Below are positions 1 to 10,395 of a DNA stretch of 64,000 nt, piece after piece; position 1 is the stretch's first letter, and every line of letters begins with the position of its first letter. The DNA comes from Iphione sp. A-MEVVRFRX5 (lineage: Eukaryota). Made by a program: the position numbers and the translations under genes. The notes under the pieces are model-generated. The model saw only the letters and a program-made list of their open reading frames with translations, had not been told where the DNA came from and did not search any database. The stretch covers positions 89,280,001 to 89,344,000 of the forward strand of contig OZ320316.1 in assembly GCA_976226885.1 (NCBI GenBank), written 5' to 3'.

Positions 1-3000
1 ACAGATGCATGTATGTATTGTCAAGGTTAGGGTGTCAACCGACTCACGCCTGCCCAGCAGAGGTGGAAGAACCACCATAGTCACCATGTTATTTCTAGAC
101 ACCCAGCACAAGGCAAATAATATACTTGTGCAGCAGTTTGCCGTAGAAGTGCCTGGCATAGATCTGAGCTCTTCCGAGGGGTTTTGGTGGAAAAAGCCCT
201 ACAGCCAGCTGGTCTTGCAGTTCGCTAAAGGAAGCGTGCCTTCACTGCTATGAGCACCCAGCAAATGCATAACGATTTGTCTGTTGGCACAGAAATGTTC
301 ATGTAAGAAGAATGTAAGATGCGTCAGTAGCCTAACTTGAAAGCTTAAGAGAACTATGCACTTTGTACCCAACCAAATAGAACCACAGTAACATCAAAGG
401 TTCAAGGAATCATCCCTATTTCTGCCCAGCAAACTTATGGTGCAACAAACTTATGGTGAATGATCGAGTTAACTGATAAGTCTGGCAATGCGACACAGAA
501 TTACAACACCAAAAATCTATGACATTAGGTGGGCAAGAGAGGAGGAAGTCACATGCGTGGTCAAAAATAATCGTAATAATAGTATAATTTTGCGCCCAAC
601 CTACATTCGAAATAAACATTTTTCACTTTTGTCTTTGGTCAAAACATGGACACGTAAGTAATATAACTAAAATGCCCCATAGACCACAATGACATTTTGC
701 ATACAACTGTAGTTTAATGCCTCAATTATCCTAGAGATGATCGGTGACCCTTTATTCCTCTTGCGGCAACTTAAGTCACAGCCGAGCTAACAATCGACAT
801 CACATACTGGACACGTAAAAGACGTCAGCAGCTGTAATTAAATACACTGTTGTACGGAAGTCATCATCTCCACATACACCACCACCTCAGCAAATTTAAT
901 GTCGTTGGCAGGTTCCCTGAAAAAACATATAGCTGTGTACATGTACATGAGGGACTCGCACAAAAACGTTTCGGTATATACAATAATCAGGTTTTCTTAG
1001 GAACATTTGTGATTCTAATATATGATCTGCCGCTAGTTGAAAAATCCCGAGCAACATGATTATCTAGGCAGAAAGGAAAACAGAGATAAAACTCCCCATC
1101 ACAGAATGGCTATTAGAACCCTGGCTATCATGACTATAATGACTGCACGACAAAACGTATACTTTTTTTTTTAATCTTACATCTGAGGGTGTATTATTGT
1201 GATGTATCTTTTATGCGAAATCACTAAATCCATGGTAGAACTTCGTATCACCTGATAAAACTAGTTGTTTTAACTCAATGCAATGTCTGTATTTATTGGC
1301 CTTTGTAGTAGACTTTGAAGACCGATTTTGTAACACCTTCTGTGTGTCACGTATTAGAAAATATTTTCATGTCACGATGGTCTAAGGAACAATTTGATGT
1401 ATTTGATGAGTTTGTAATTTTGGTTCTGACCTCAGAATGGTTTGAATAGGGAGTGGTCCTATTAGAGAGGGGTATTCATGTACATGTATGTGATTCTGTT
1501 CCTTCAAAATAGTCATATTGGGTAGGTGGTCCGGTTAGAGAGGTGGTTACAGTCTGGCAAGACATTGTAATTACTAAGTCACTACAGCATTTAGAGTACA
1601 TGTCCATTCAATCAAGAATACTAAGAAAAACGTGATGGCTTTTTGCAACCTTCCAACTCTTAATTTTTATGAGAAAAAAGCACGAGGTTCAAATCTACAA
1701 CGATGACTGTGCATTAGACGGTACACTGATAGAGGCTTGTTTAAGAGCAGTAAGAATACATAGCCAATATGGTCACTTTCCATATACATGTATAGAGAGG
1801 AAATCTGACAATACTGTCACCCACCATTCTGAGCGAAAGTGACCACAATAACCTTTCAACTGGCTGCTTGAGCTTTTTCAAATGCCAACCATAAATGTCC
1901 TCACCCATGTCCATTATTGTCTGAATGCTTTCTCACGGTCTCAAGAGATGCAGTTACATTTTTAGGCATTATTTAAGAGGTGTGCCTAACTGAAGTCATG
2001 GACTGGCTCTCTGATAAACCCTCACTGACACGAATCCTTTTAAATTTCAATGCTGATAATAGCTGATGCCTGTCTCAGCTTGTGCTTTTGTACTCTTGGT
2101 TCAATGAATGTACTCTGAATAAGTTGTATTTGATAATGTTCCTGGCTACCGTATCGTTTCCTGGATGGAAATGGCTTGACCATAGGATCAGGGGACTGTA
2201 GTGTTAAGATAACCGTACTACTAAGCATTATATATATTTACTCTACATATATAAAATGCTTCCTGAAAGTAGATCCAACAATACTGGAGATATCATGAGT
2301 GTGAGACTTCATCAAGAACTAAATGATTAGGTCTCTTTCATCTGATTACAGGCATTTCAATGCTTCTAAAATGCTGCAGAGTTGCATATTATTGGCACCA
2401 CATAAGGGAGAATGAAAGATGAAAAAAACTAAAGATTCTGGTGCTATTTCTTCAGCTTGATGTAGGTCACTTTGTATCATTGGGCCTGTGGTCAGTCATG
2501 TTGAACCAAGGTTGCAAACTTGACGGACTTCAGTCAGCCACACCTCTTATATGGTAGAGGAGTAATGTCTCATGATCCAAATAAGCTCAGTCAGTCTGGC
2601 CACTACCTCCCTGCTGCAGGGCCGGGGAGGGGGTGGATGGTGGTGGTTGGGGGTGAGGCTTATGACCTTGGTGGCCGTCTGACTTCTGGGGGCTGGAGGG
2701 GGATGGGAGGTTGGTGTGATCGCCACAGGTGCTTGTGAAAATTAAAAGTAAATCCTCCACTCCGAGTAAAAGTGGACACAATTTTCTTTCAATCTAAGCC
2801 GACCGTCATGAGGTTCTATATACTGTACCCAGATTATGGTCACCTGGATGCATCCAGCCTTATCTGAATGGGAAACTCAAGCTACATGTTCACAGAATTG
2901 ACATCTCAGATACATCAGTTCTGTATGTTTATATGGTTTTTTGTATATTTAGTTTCCTTTGCTTCCGTTACGTTTTATTGGCGGTAAACCCAAAGGGCCT

Positions 3001-3128
3001 ATGTAGGGTTGGCCATAGCAGCGTCAGAAAATATTTTTCAAGGCTCAAGTATAAACCGCAAGCCTGATATGTATGATTTGGGACCTACTTTGTTTACAGT
3101 TCTTACCATCAGGTTTTGAAAGGCATAG

Positions 3129-3144
3129 ATATATATATATATAT
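3129..3144. repeat. (AT)8 microsatellite at the element's left junction; (AT)4 lies at the right junction, 7285-7292
   Basis: Read directly: agATATATATATATATATgtctaac and tcacATATATATcgcc. Confidence 0.9.
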
Positions 3145-3189
3145 GTCTAACAATGACAACGCATCACAGGGAATGGGAACATTCACGCC
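3141..3189 (-). repeat. Split direct repeat B2
   Basis: atatgtctaacaatgacaacgcatcacagggaatgggaacattcacgcc, identical to 3333-3381. Confidence 0.92.
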
Positions 3190-3215
3190 TTTAATAAATA
3201 GATAAATACAATGTA

Positions 3216-3336
3216 AAAATTGAAACAGTCGAGTGTCGTTACGAATACATGACGTATGAGGGGTTGCATGGCGACTATCACAGTTACCATAGTCCTTTTG
3301 CGACATATATTAATATAATATTTATATATCACATAT
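3216..3336 (-). repeat. Split direct repeat A2
   Basis: 121 bp, aaaattgaaacagtcg...atatcacatat, identical to 7168-7288. It overlaps B1 by ATAT. Confidence 0.92.
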
Positions 3337-3381
3337 GTCTAACAATGACAACGCATCACAGGGAATGGGAACATTCACGCC
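3333..3381 (-). repeat. Split direct repeat B1
   Basis: Identical to 3141-3189; lies about 50 bp downstream of the YR stop codon. Confidence 0.92.
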
Positions 3382-3433
3382 CAAACCCAACTAAAAACAG
3401 AAGGAAATTGTTTCCTCACAAGACAAGAGGGAT

Positions 3434-4368
3434 TCAAATCTCAAAAAAAACATATTGTAAAACACACCACGAACGCCAGTTCCCTCTGTCCTTTATCACA
3501 GATAGATCAACTCCTTGACTTGCTAAAAAGGTAGTCCCACTTCTACGGAAACCATGTGATGAGACTCTGACTCCTGAAGTAACAAAATCACAAACAAACT
3601 TCAATTTCTGCATGAAGTTATCATATTCCAAATATACATCCCTACCACTACGCTGGTAACAAAAAATTAATTGTTTCTCATTCAGGAAGTGCTTGCCTCT
3701 CCATAACTTGAGCCAAGTCACCGCACACATCTGGTAAGAGTTACAGTAGTAAATTGGAATTGAATAAACATCAGATTTTGAGTACACACATTTCCCTCTT
3801 GAAACTTTAATAATGGCCCCAAACTCAGTAAACTCAACGTCCTCCCATCTTAACCCACTAGATGAAGTAAAATTTTCCTTCCGTAACAGACAACGGAAAG
3901 ATAACACGCATGCCAGCCAGAACATTTGGTCATTGACTCTTGAATGATCAAGATTATCAAATATCCGAAACATGTCCTTCAATGAAAAGGCATAGGCTCT
4001 AACTGGTGGCCGATCATTACATTTCTTTAAAGCCATTAAGACTTGAGAAACTCCAAAGTCACAATACAAAGGTGGCGTGAAACCTTTAACCTTCGACCAA
4101 TAAATAAGTCCTGAGAAATAATTCTTAATAGAACTATAACAAAGCGATCTTCCTAGATAAGTTAGGTAAATGCATGCTTATTAGAGCATGGAAAGGCTTC
4201 CAAATCGAATTCATTGCAGAAGTTCTCATAGTTCTCCAGCTGCTTCTTCCTGCACTTCAGCATGTTTGATGACAAGGCCTTCTCCCTCAAACTCCTCATC
4301 TCTCTCTTTAGATTCACCAGCTTTCCTGCAAATAGAATACAATGCATCTCTATAGCAGGCATTTTCAT
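3434..4368 (-). pseudogene. Tyrosine recombinase ORF of the Ngaro element, about 310 aa, frameshifted at about 4177-4180
   Basis: The N-terminal part (4368-4178, ...LREKALSSNMLKCRKKQLENYENFCNEFDLEAFPCSN) continues in another frame as ACIYLTYLGRSLCYSSIKNYFSG into ORF 3434-4069. That ORF carries catalytic-type motifs FRCLLRKEN, SSHGFRRSG and GNWRSWCVLQY. The first 143 nt overlap the pol 3' end. Confidence 0.88.
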
Positions 4369-6292
4369 ACCAAAGGTCGTGCTTCACTTTCCTTAAGGCG
4401 ACACAATCATTACCTCTAGAAAAGGCATCGACAATATAGTTGTCATTCGAACTGATGTACTCAACTCTAAACAGGATGTTTCTAAAGACACAACACCAAA
4501 AAATTTCTCTGAGCCACCTCATGCATGACCTGTTGTGACTCCCTCCTGACCGAAGCATGTAAAGAACGCTAGTATTATCAACTCGGATCAGGATAAACTT
4601 GTTCGATAGGGCTTCACCCCACCTCTTCAGGGAGACAAGGACTGCCCACAGTTCATACACATTAATGTGTTTGTCGTACTTGTCACACATGGGTGCATCC
4701 TCACGGTGGTGATCACAAATGTCCATAGGCCATGCCAAATCGGCCCATTTCCCAAAAAACCAGTCTTTGCCAAACCAGCCACTGAAGCCTACAGAGGAGG
4801 AGTCTGTTGTTACCACACTTTCAATTTGCAGGGTCTTGATAATCCTCTTCTTTCCGTTGAACATGTCCATTAGAGTTAACCACCATTGTAGGTCTTCTCT
4901 CACCTCATCACCAAGCTTCACATAACCCCTATGACCATTCATGCTCTTGACCAAATCATACAAGCTCCTTGTATAAGTTCTCCCTCCTTTCACGACTGTG
5001 GCGCAATGGGATAGCGATCCAGTCAGGCTCTCTACCTCTCTCTTGGACAATTTCTCTTTAGCTAGAGCATCTCTAATTTTGACTTTCACATTGGCCACTT
5101 TCTCTTCTGGTAGTGACAATTCCATTCTAACTGAATCAATACAGATTCCTAGGAATTTACATTTCGTTGCTGGAACACTACACTTTTCTATAGCCACATC
5201 AAAACCAATATCACATATCACACTGTTTAACATATCCTGGAAATAGGAACATTCAATTTGATTTCCAGCAGTAACCACAAAGTCATCTAAGTAGATTACA
5301 ATTCTACCATTACACCTGTACTGAAATTCAGAAACTATCAGATTTGACAAACAACTGAAAATGTATGGGGCACATTTAAGCCCGAAACATAATGAGTTAT
5401 TGACATAATATTTTTCGGGCTCATTCTCAAAACACCAACTGAAACCTTGAAATTCTCTATGGCTTGGGTTTACAAGTACAGAACGGTATGCACTTTTGAT
5501 GTCGCTAGTTGCTAGCCAATCACCCTCCATCAAGGAGTTACAAACATCATCCACAGACTTGAATGTGAATTCTTTATGAGTGCTCAACATAAAATTGTTG
5601 ATAGCCTTCCCTGGGGGCATTGAGCAGTCCGTAATTGGCCTAAGACGGCCATCACCTTTAGGAACTCCCCCCAGGGCATTCACACACCTAGGCCTAGGCT
5701 GAACCTCTGAAATCTGGCCCTGTTTAAGCTCCATTCTCACCTTCTCGTCCATCTGTGACCTAAAATTCTCATTCTTGAGAATTGAATCATAATTTTTACA
5801 AGCATATTCTGTCTCACAACCAGGGTCAACAATGTCAAACCCATCACTGATACCTTTCCACAGCTCCGTCACCGCCGTGTCACTAAGGCTCGACTGGTTC
5901 AGGTACACAAAACACCTGCAACATTTTTATGGATTAACGATTCCACCTAAACTGTGTGAACATTTACAAGAACCATCTATACACTCTGAGGATATTTCAT
6001 ATTTCTTGTCACCTATAACACTACTCACGTACAGCACCCTAGAATCATCACTTGACTCGTCCAAAACAAAACGGCGAAGCGCCTCCCGTACGCTCAATGC
6101 CGTCACTACGTCATCGCCAACGTTACCAATGTCACTTATGACGTCATCCTTGACGACCTCTCCATCATCAACAAACGGACCGTCTTTTTGAACGTCAACA
6201 TCAACATGCCAATAATTCATGCTGGGGATGAAATTAATAATAGATGACTCACAAAACTCCTCCTCTGATGGTGGATCAACTAGCGTTTCTAG
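4226..6292 (-). pseudogene. Pol (reverse transcriptase + RNase H) of the Ngaro element, with one internal TAA at 5929-5927
   Basis: RT motifs DIKSAYR, LCFGLKCAPYIF, IYLDDF. RNase H motifs TTDSS, INVYELWAV, RVDNTSV, IVDAFSR. Track ORFs 5927-6220 and 4226-5908 are in one frame separated by a single TAA, and that frame is open back to the gag stop. Confidence 0.9.
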
Positions 6293-7138
6293 TCAATCTT
6301 TCCTGCTTGACGACTTGGTCTTACTTGCACTGTCAACACCAGCTGACTTGCCCGTACCACAATCCGATGACTTGTGACCCGACTTCTCACAACTTTGGCA
6401 AACATGCCTGAATTTACAGGCCTGATCATCGCAGCCTCCACCATTATATTTGAAGCATACACCTCTGATCTTCTTGCCTTTCTTCTTGGCTTCTTTTGCC
6501 CTTGCTACGTCCACCGTAGCATCTAGGCTAAGGCATCGATGGACAAGGATCGTGTCTCCGTAACAAAAGCTGTTCACCTCTTCTTCTTTCGCCTTCTTTC
6601 TCATTTCAGCGTCATACTCAATCAACGATGAACTTGTATAAATTTTCGTTGATGCCCTATCAGCAACGAAGGCCAGATGATCGATATATCCACTCACGTC
6701 CCTCCCCTTGGAGATAAGATGCTTCAGGAGACCGATTGATCCCACAATCAGATCCTCGTACGTATCCACCTTCTGGGACTTCACAAATCGAGAAATCGAA
6801 AGGCCCTTCGATTTCTTACCTGACTTCTTCTTCCTCTTGCCTCTCTTGCTCTCCTCTTCACCACTATCACTTCCAGAATCTGAAGAGGATTCATCGTCAT
6901 CCGAAGAGCTGCTAGAATCTGGGGTCTTCTTCTTGCTCTTACTTGTCGGCTTACTGGCCACCAGCGCCTGCAACATTGTCTCCAACTTCTGGAAACGCCT
7001 CTCGACTAGATCAGTCTGTTTAGGATCCTCCAAAACATTTTCAGTGACTATAGGATGATCCTGACTCTCCCTCTTACAGTGCTTGCCCACAGGAGAAATA
7101 TGCTTGCAATCGCACTTCTTACAGAATTTCTCCATCAT
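6293..7138 (-). CDS. Gag-like ORF1 of the Ngaro element (281 aa from ATG 7138)
   Basis: N-terminal CKKCDCKHISPVGKHC motif, acidic/Ser-rich and basic tracts, and C-terminal CFKYNGGGCDDQACKFRHVCQSCEKSGHKSSDC (CCCH plus CCHC zinc-knuckle type). It sits first in the element. Confidence 0.85.
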   Translation of the reverse strand: MMEKFCKKCDCKHISPVGKHCKRESQDHPIVTENVLEDPKQTDLVERRFQKLETMLQALVASKPTSKSKKKTPDSSSSSDDDESSSDSGSDSGEEESKRGKRKKKSGKKSKGLSISRFVKSQKVDTYEDLIVGSIGLLKHLISKGRDVSGYIDHLAFVADRASTKIYTSSSLIEYDAEMRKKAKEEEVNSFCYGDTILVHRCLSLDATVDVARAKEAKKKGKKIRGVCFKYNGGGCDDQACKFRHVCQSCEKSGHKSSDCGTGKSAGVDSASKTKSSSRKD

Positions 7139-7167
7139 GAGTAACTCAGCAGCACGTCCTCTCACTC

Positions 7168-7288
7168 AAAATTGAAACAGTCGAGTGTCGTTACGAATAC
7201 ATGACGTATGAGGGGTTGCATGGCGACTATCACAGTTACCATAGTCCTTTTGCGACATATATTAATATAATATTTATATATCACATAT
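7168..7288 (-). repeat. Split direct repeat A1 (element 5' end) containing TATATAAA at 7280-7273
   Basis: Identical to 3216-3336; ends 29 nt before the gag ATG. Confidence 0.92.
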
Positions 7289-9628
7289 ATATCGCCCCTT
7301 ACCCCGGTAATCTATCTACATCTGATAGATACCGTATCCACTAAGTGATCTCCCCTTTATATATCTGTACACCAGTCCTTAAGACCTATTTGAAATAGAG
7401 TGAAAGTTCTGTGCCCAGTCCATAACGTATTTGGAAATACTATCAAAAATTGTTAAAGTGTTTACCTCTTCACATTTTATTGAAAAGGCCCATCCTTTAA
7501 AACGTTTCGAAATTATATTTAAGGTCAGTGTTTTATATCCCGCAAATTTGTGTTGACATGTTTTTAAAATGTTTTCACAAAACTGTCCGTGTGACCTTTT
7601 TGTAGCCTGTTTCAAATGGTTTCCATTTCACGTCTTTGTCAAAACTGTATGTTCTTGCTGCGCATGAATGAATTTAATACATTGAATAAACGTTCAGTAC
7701 TGCAATTACCTTTCATTTGTACACGTTGAGATAAGAATAACCCATTTCAGACATGTGCACTCCTAAAACCTCCAAACCTTTGAATGTTTTCACTGAAAGA
7801 CATTTGAACAGATGAATTCCATGCTACCGCAAGGAGATTGTGATGCAACTAGTTTACGTCGTGTTATGCCACAAAGTGGCCCATTTGGTTGGCATTAAAA
7901 TGGCTCTCCTTGACAGATACATGTAAAATTTAAAAGCCCGCCGGCGAGTGGCCATTTGCAATAATGTGCGGAAAGTAATCCAATCATTCCTCATAGACCT
8001 CCATGAATCAGTCAGACAATATTAACTGTGCGACACTGTCCCGATATTACTACACACGTGATGCCTTCTACTCCATTATACCCCGCTTGACTTCGATATC
8101 ACCAAAACATTGATGCTGGGAGCTTCATTATTCATTCGAACTTCGAAGACGAAATGTGTCATACAGGTACTACTTATTTTCAGCCATAATCAAGTCATCG
8201 TCCATCACGATCACGTACAATATTTATTCTAAAACAATCAATGATGCAAATTAATAGGTATCCCTCGGAGAAACTGGGTCACTGTTAATATTCGCCCACT
8301 GACCCAATTAGGCTGCATGCTACAGCACAATTGAACATGCTTTTTGTCAATTTGTGGTAATTTTCTGTTTCCCGACACCTCCCCTTGATGAGCAGTAGAA
8401 AGAAAATGCCTTTCCATGTGATGTAAATTGAAAGGCGCGTGGATTGTCCAACACCGCACAAGGCGACTTGAGCTTTTCACATCTGTGTATGCTATACATA
8501 GCTATCTTGCATAGGACCAGTAGCCATGCACCCATGGGTATATATGTATTCTGTGGCCGAAAACCATCACTAATCGAGGGGTGCAGGGGTGTACAGAAAC
8601 ACTGGAAGCAATCACATAGATATTGTATAGCACATGAAGGTACAATCTCATTTTCTCGGGCATACTCATGTCAAAATGGAACAAATTCATCCCCTTCCTG
8701 TCATATCTTTTCAAAATAGCACAATTTACACAAATGTGATTGTAGACACGTGTGTGCAAAACCAGCACACTGAAAAGAGAGAGGTAACAATCATTTGGCA
8801 CTACTATTTCACTCAACTATGGTACTCGGGTAACTTATCTATAAACATGTTTCTTTAGTGCAGTATGAAATTTCTTCATGTCCAGATATGACTTTAGTTG
8901 TGACGGCAGTTTGTTCCAATGCTGTGAGCCCTTGTAATGAAACCTTCTCTGAAACCATTTGGTCCTGGGTGTTGGCTGATATATTGTTGACTTCCTCCCA
9001 GTTTTGATGTTGTCTTTACAATTATAACATTTGAGTATGATCAACTTATGGATTATGCTAATCAGATGTACCTTGTAAAGATCCCATAAGGCACCAATTT
9101 TACCATCTTCCTTTAATTTCCTCGTCGACATAATCACACCAGCCACTTGGTGCAGGCTTGCATTCAATTCCCTTTGCAGCTCTACCTGAGCTCCTTCTTT
9201 GGCTGACATATACATGTAGAAGGTAATACCATATATACATAAAGCATTATGAATGCTTTAAACAATGTTATTCTATTATGATATGGTATTTGCTTTGCAA
9301 TCTTCCCTATGTAGTAGCTGTGTAACTTGATCTACCATCTTAGTGACTGGATCATTGGAATCCAAGACAAGACCTCATCTATAGTGAATCCCAGGAGTTT
9401 ACACTTCGCATGTTTAGCTATTTTCTTAACTTTAAGTCTCACATCAAGATCAAAAGCTCTACTCTTCCCAAAATGACATATAAAGTGACTTGCTTTCATT
9501 GATTTTTAACCCATTTGCCTCTGTCCATTCGGAGATCCTATTTAAACCATGTTATAATTTTATCCTTAGGGCCTCTACATTTTAGGCAGTTGCGATCAGC
9601 AAAATGTCATCTGTGTACATCACTATTA

Positions 9629-10395
9629 CAGGAGAAACTCACTTTGCGACCTCCTCACTTTGCGACCAAATCGACTATTGCGACCATTTTGGGTCGGAAC
9701 GGAAGCAATTTTAGTACATTTACCATATGATTACATATCGCTTTGCGACCATATTGCTTTCCGACCAAATTCACCATACGACCACACCTCCTAGGGTCAT
9801 TTTTAGTACATTTTAATATCACTTTGCGACCGCCCAGCCTGGAGGGGTGAGGCCGAGAGTGGTCGCGGGGTGTCGGGGGCGTCAACGGGGACGTCTCTGA
9901 TGTTCCTCGCACCTTGGAGAGGTAGCCCGAGAGTGGTCGCGGGTGTCAACTTCGACGACTTTGATGGTCTCTCACCCTGGAGGGGTGAGGCCGAGAGTGG
10001 TCGCGGGATGTCGAGGCGTCAACGGGGACGTCTCTGATGTTCCTCGCACCTTGGAGGGGTAGCCCGAGAGTGGTCGTGGGATGTCGAGGCGTCAACTTCG
10101 ACGACTTTGATGGTCTCTCACCCTGGAGGGGTGAGGCCGAGAGTGGTCGCGGGATATCTTATTTTTAATCTCATCTATATGCTAGAATAAATGGGCACTT
10201 CAGTTTGAATTATTTTGTTTTGTTTTTTATTTGTTTTTCTCTATTGAACCTTTAATATGGGTTATTGAACACTAACCAATTGATTTCTTTAGGAAACAAG
10301 GGGAGGGGGCCTCAAATTATCACTTTGCGACCATATTCAGAATTACGACCATTTTGGGCCGACCCAAGTGGTGGTCGCAAAGTGAGTTTCTCCTG
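9629..10395. mobile_element. Tc1/mariner-superfamily (pogo/Tigger-like ends) non-autonomous element (MITE), 767 bp
   Basis: Perfect 23-bp TIR CAGGAGAAACTCACTTTGCGACC (9629-9651 and 10373-10395). TA duplicated at 9627-9628 and 10396-10397. Multiple subterminal GCGACC copies and no coding capacity. Confidence 0.88.
9841..10155. repeat. GC-rich dimeric tandem repeat inside the MITE (A 75, B 63, A 74, B 72, partial A)
   Basis: Units start ggag(g/a)ggt at 9841, 9916, 9979, 10053 and 10125. Each contains gagagtggtcg(c/t)ggg. Confidence 0.85.

Larger units (their letters stand above)
3141..7288 (-). mobile_element. Ngaro-type (split direct repeat) tyrosine-recombinase retrotransposon, about 4.15 kb, structurally complete
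   Basis: Order on the - strand is A1(7288-7168), gag, RT/RNaseH, YR, B1(3381-3333), A2(3336-3216), 26-bp spacer, B2(3189-3141). The two A copies (121 bp) and the two B copies (49 bp) read as identical. RT YLDD, RNase H D-E-D-D and YR R..HxxR..W..Y motifs are present. No C-terminal methyltransferase and no terminal inverted repeats. Confidence 0.92.

Noticed and set aside
90-135. - strand peptide QVYYLPCAGC resembling the start of a Penelope GIY-YIG domain
   Set aside because: No following YIG/ET/R/EH motif in any frame; too short.
1450-1545. Two gtggtc...agagagg motifs like a pogo-type MITE right end
   Set aside because: No matching left TIR or TSD found.
2975-3110. T-rich start, cccaaaggg hairpin and gcgtc, resembling a HINE/DINE-1 5' end hosting the Ngaro insertion
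   Set aside because: Too degenerate; no microsatellite core or matching 3' part recognised.
3141-7288. Classification as DIRS1-type or PAT-type element
   Set aside because: Repeats are split direct rather than inverted with an ICR, and no methyltransferase domain follows RNase H.
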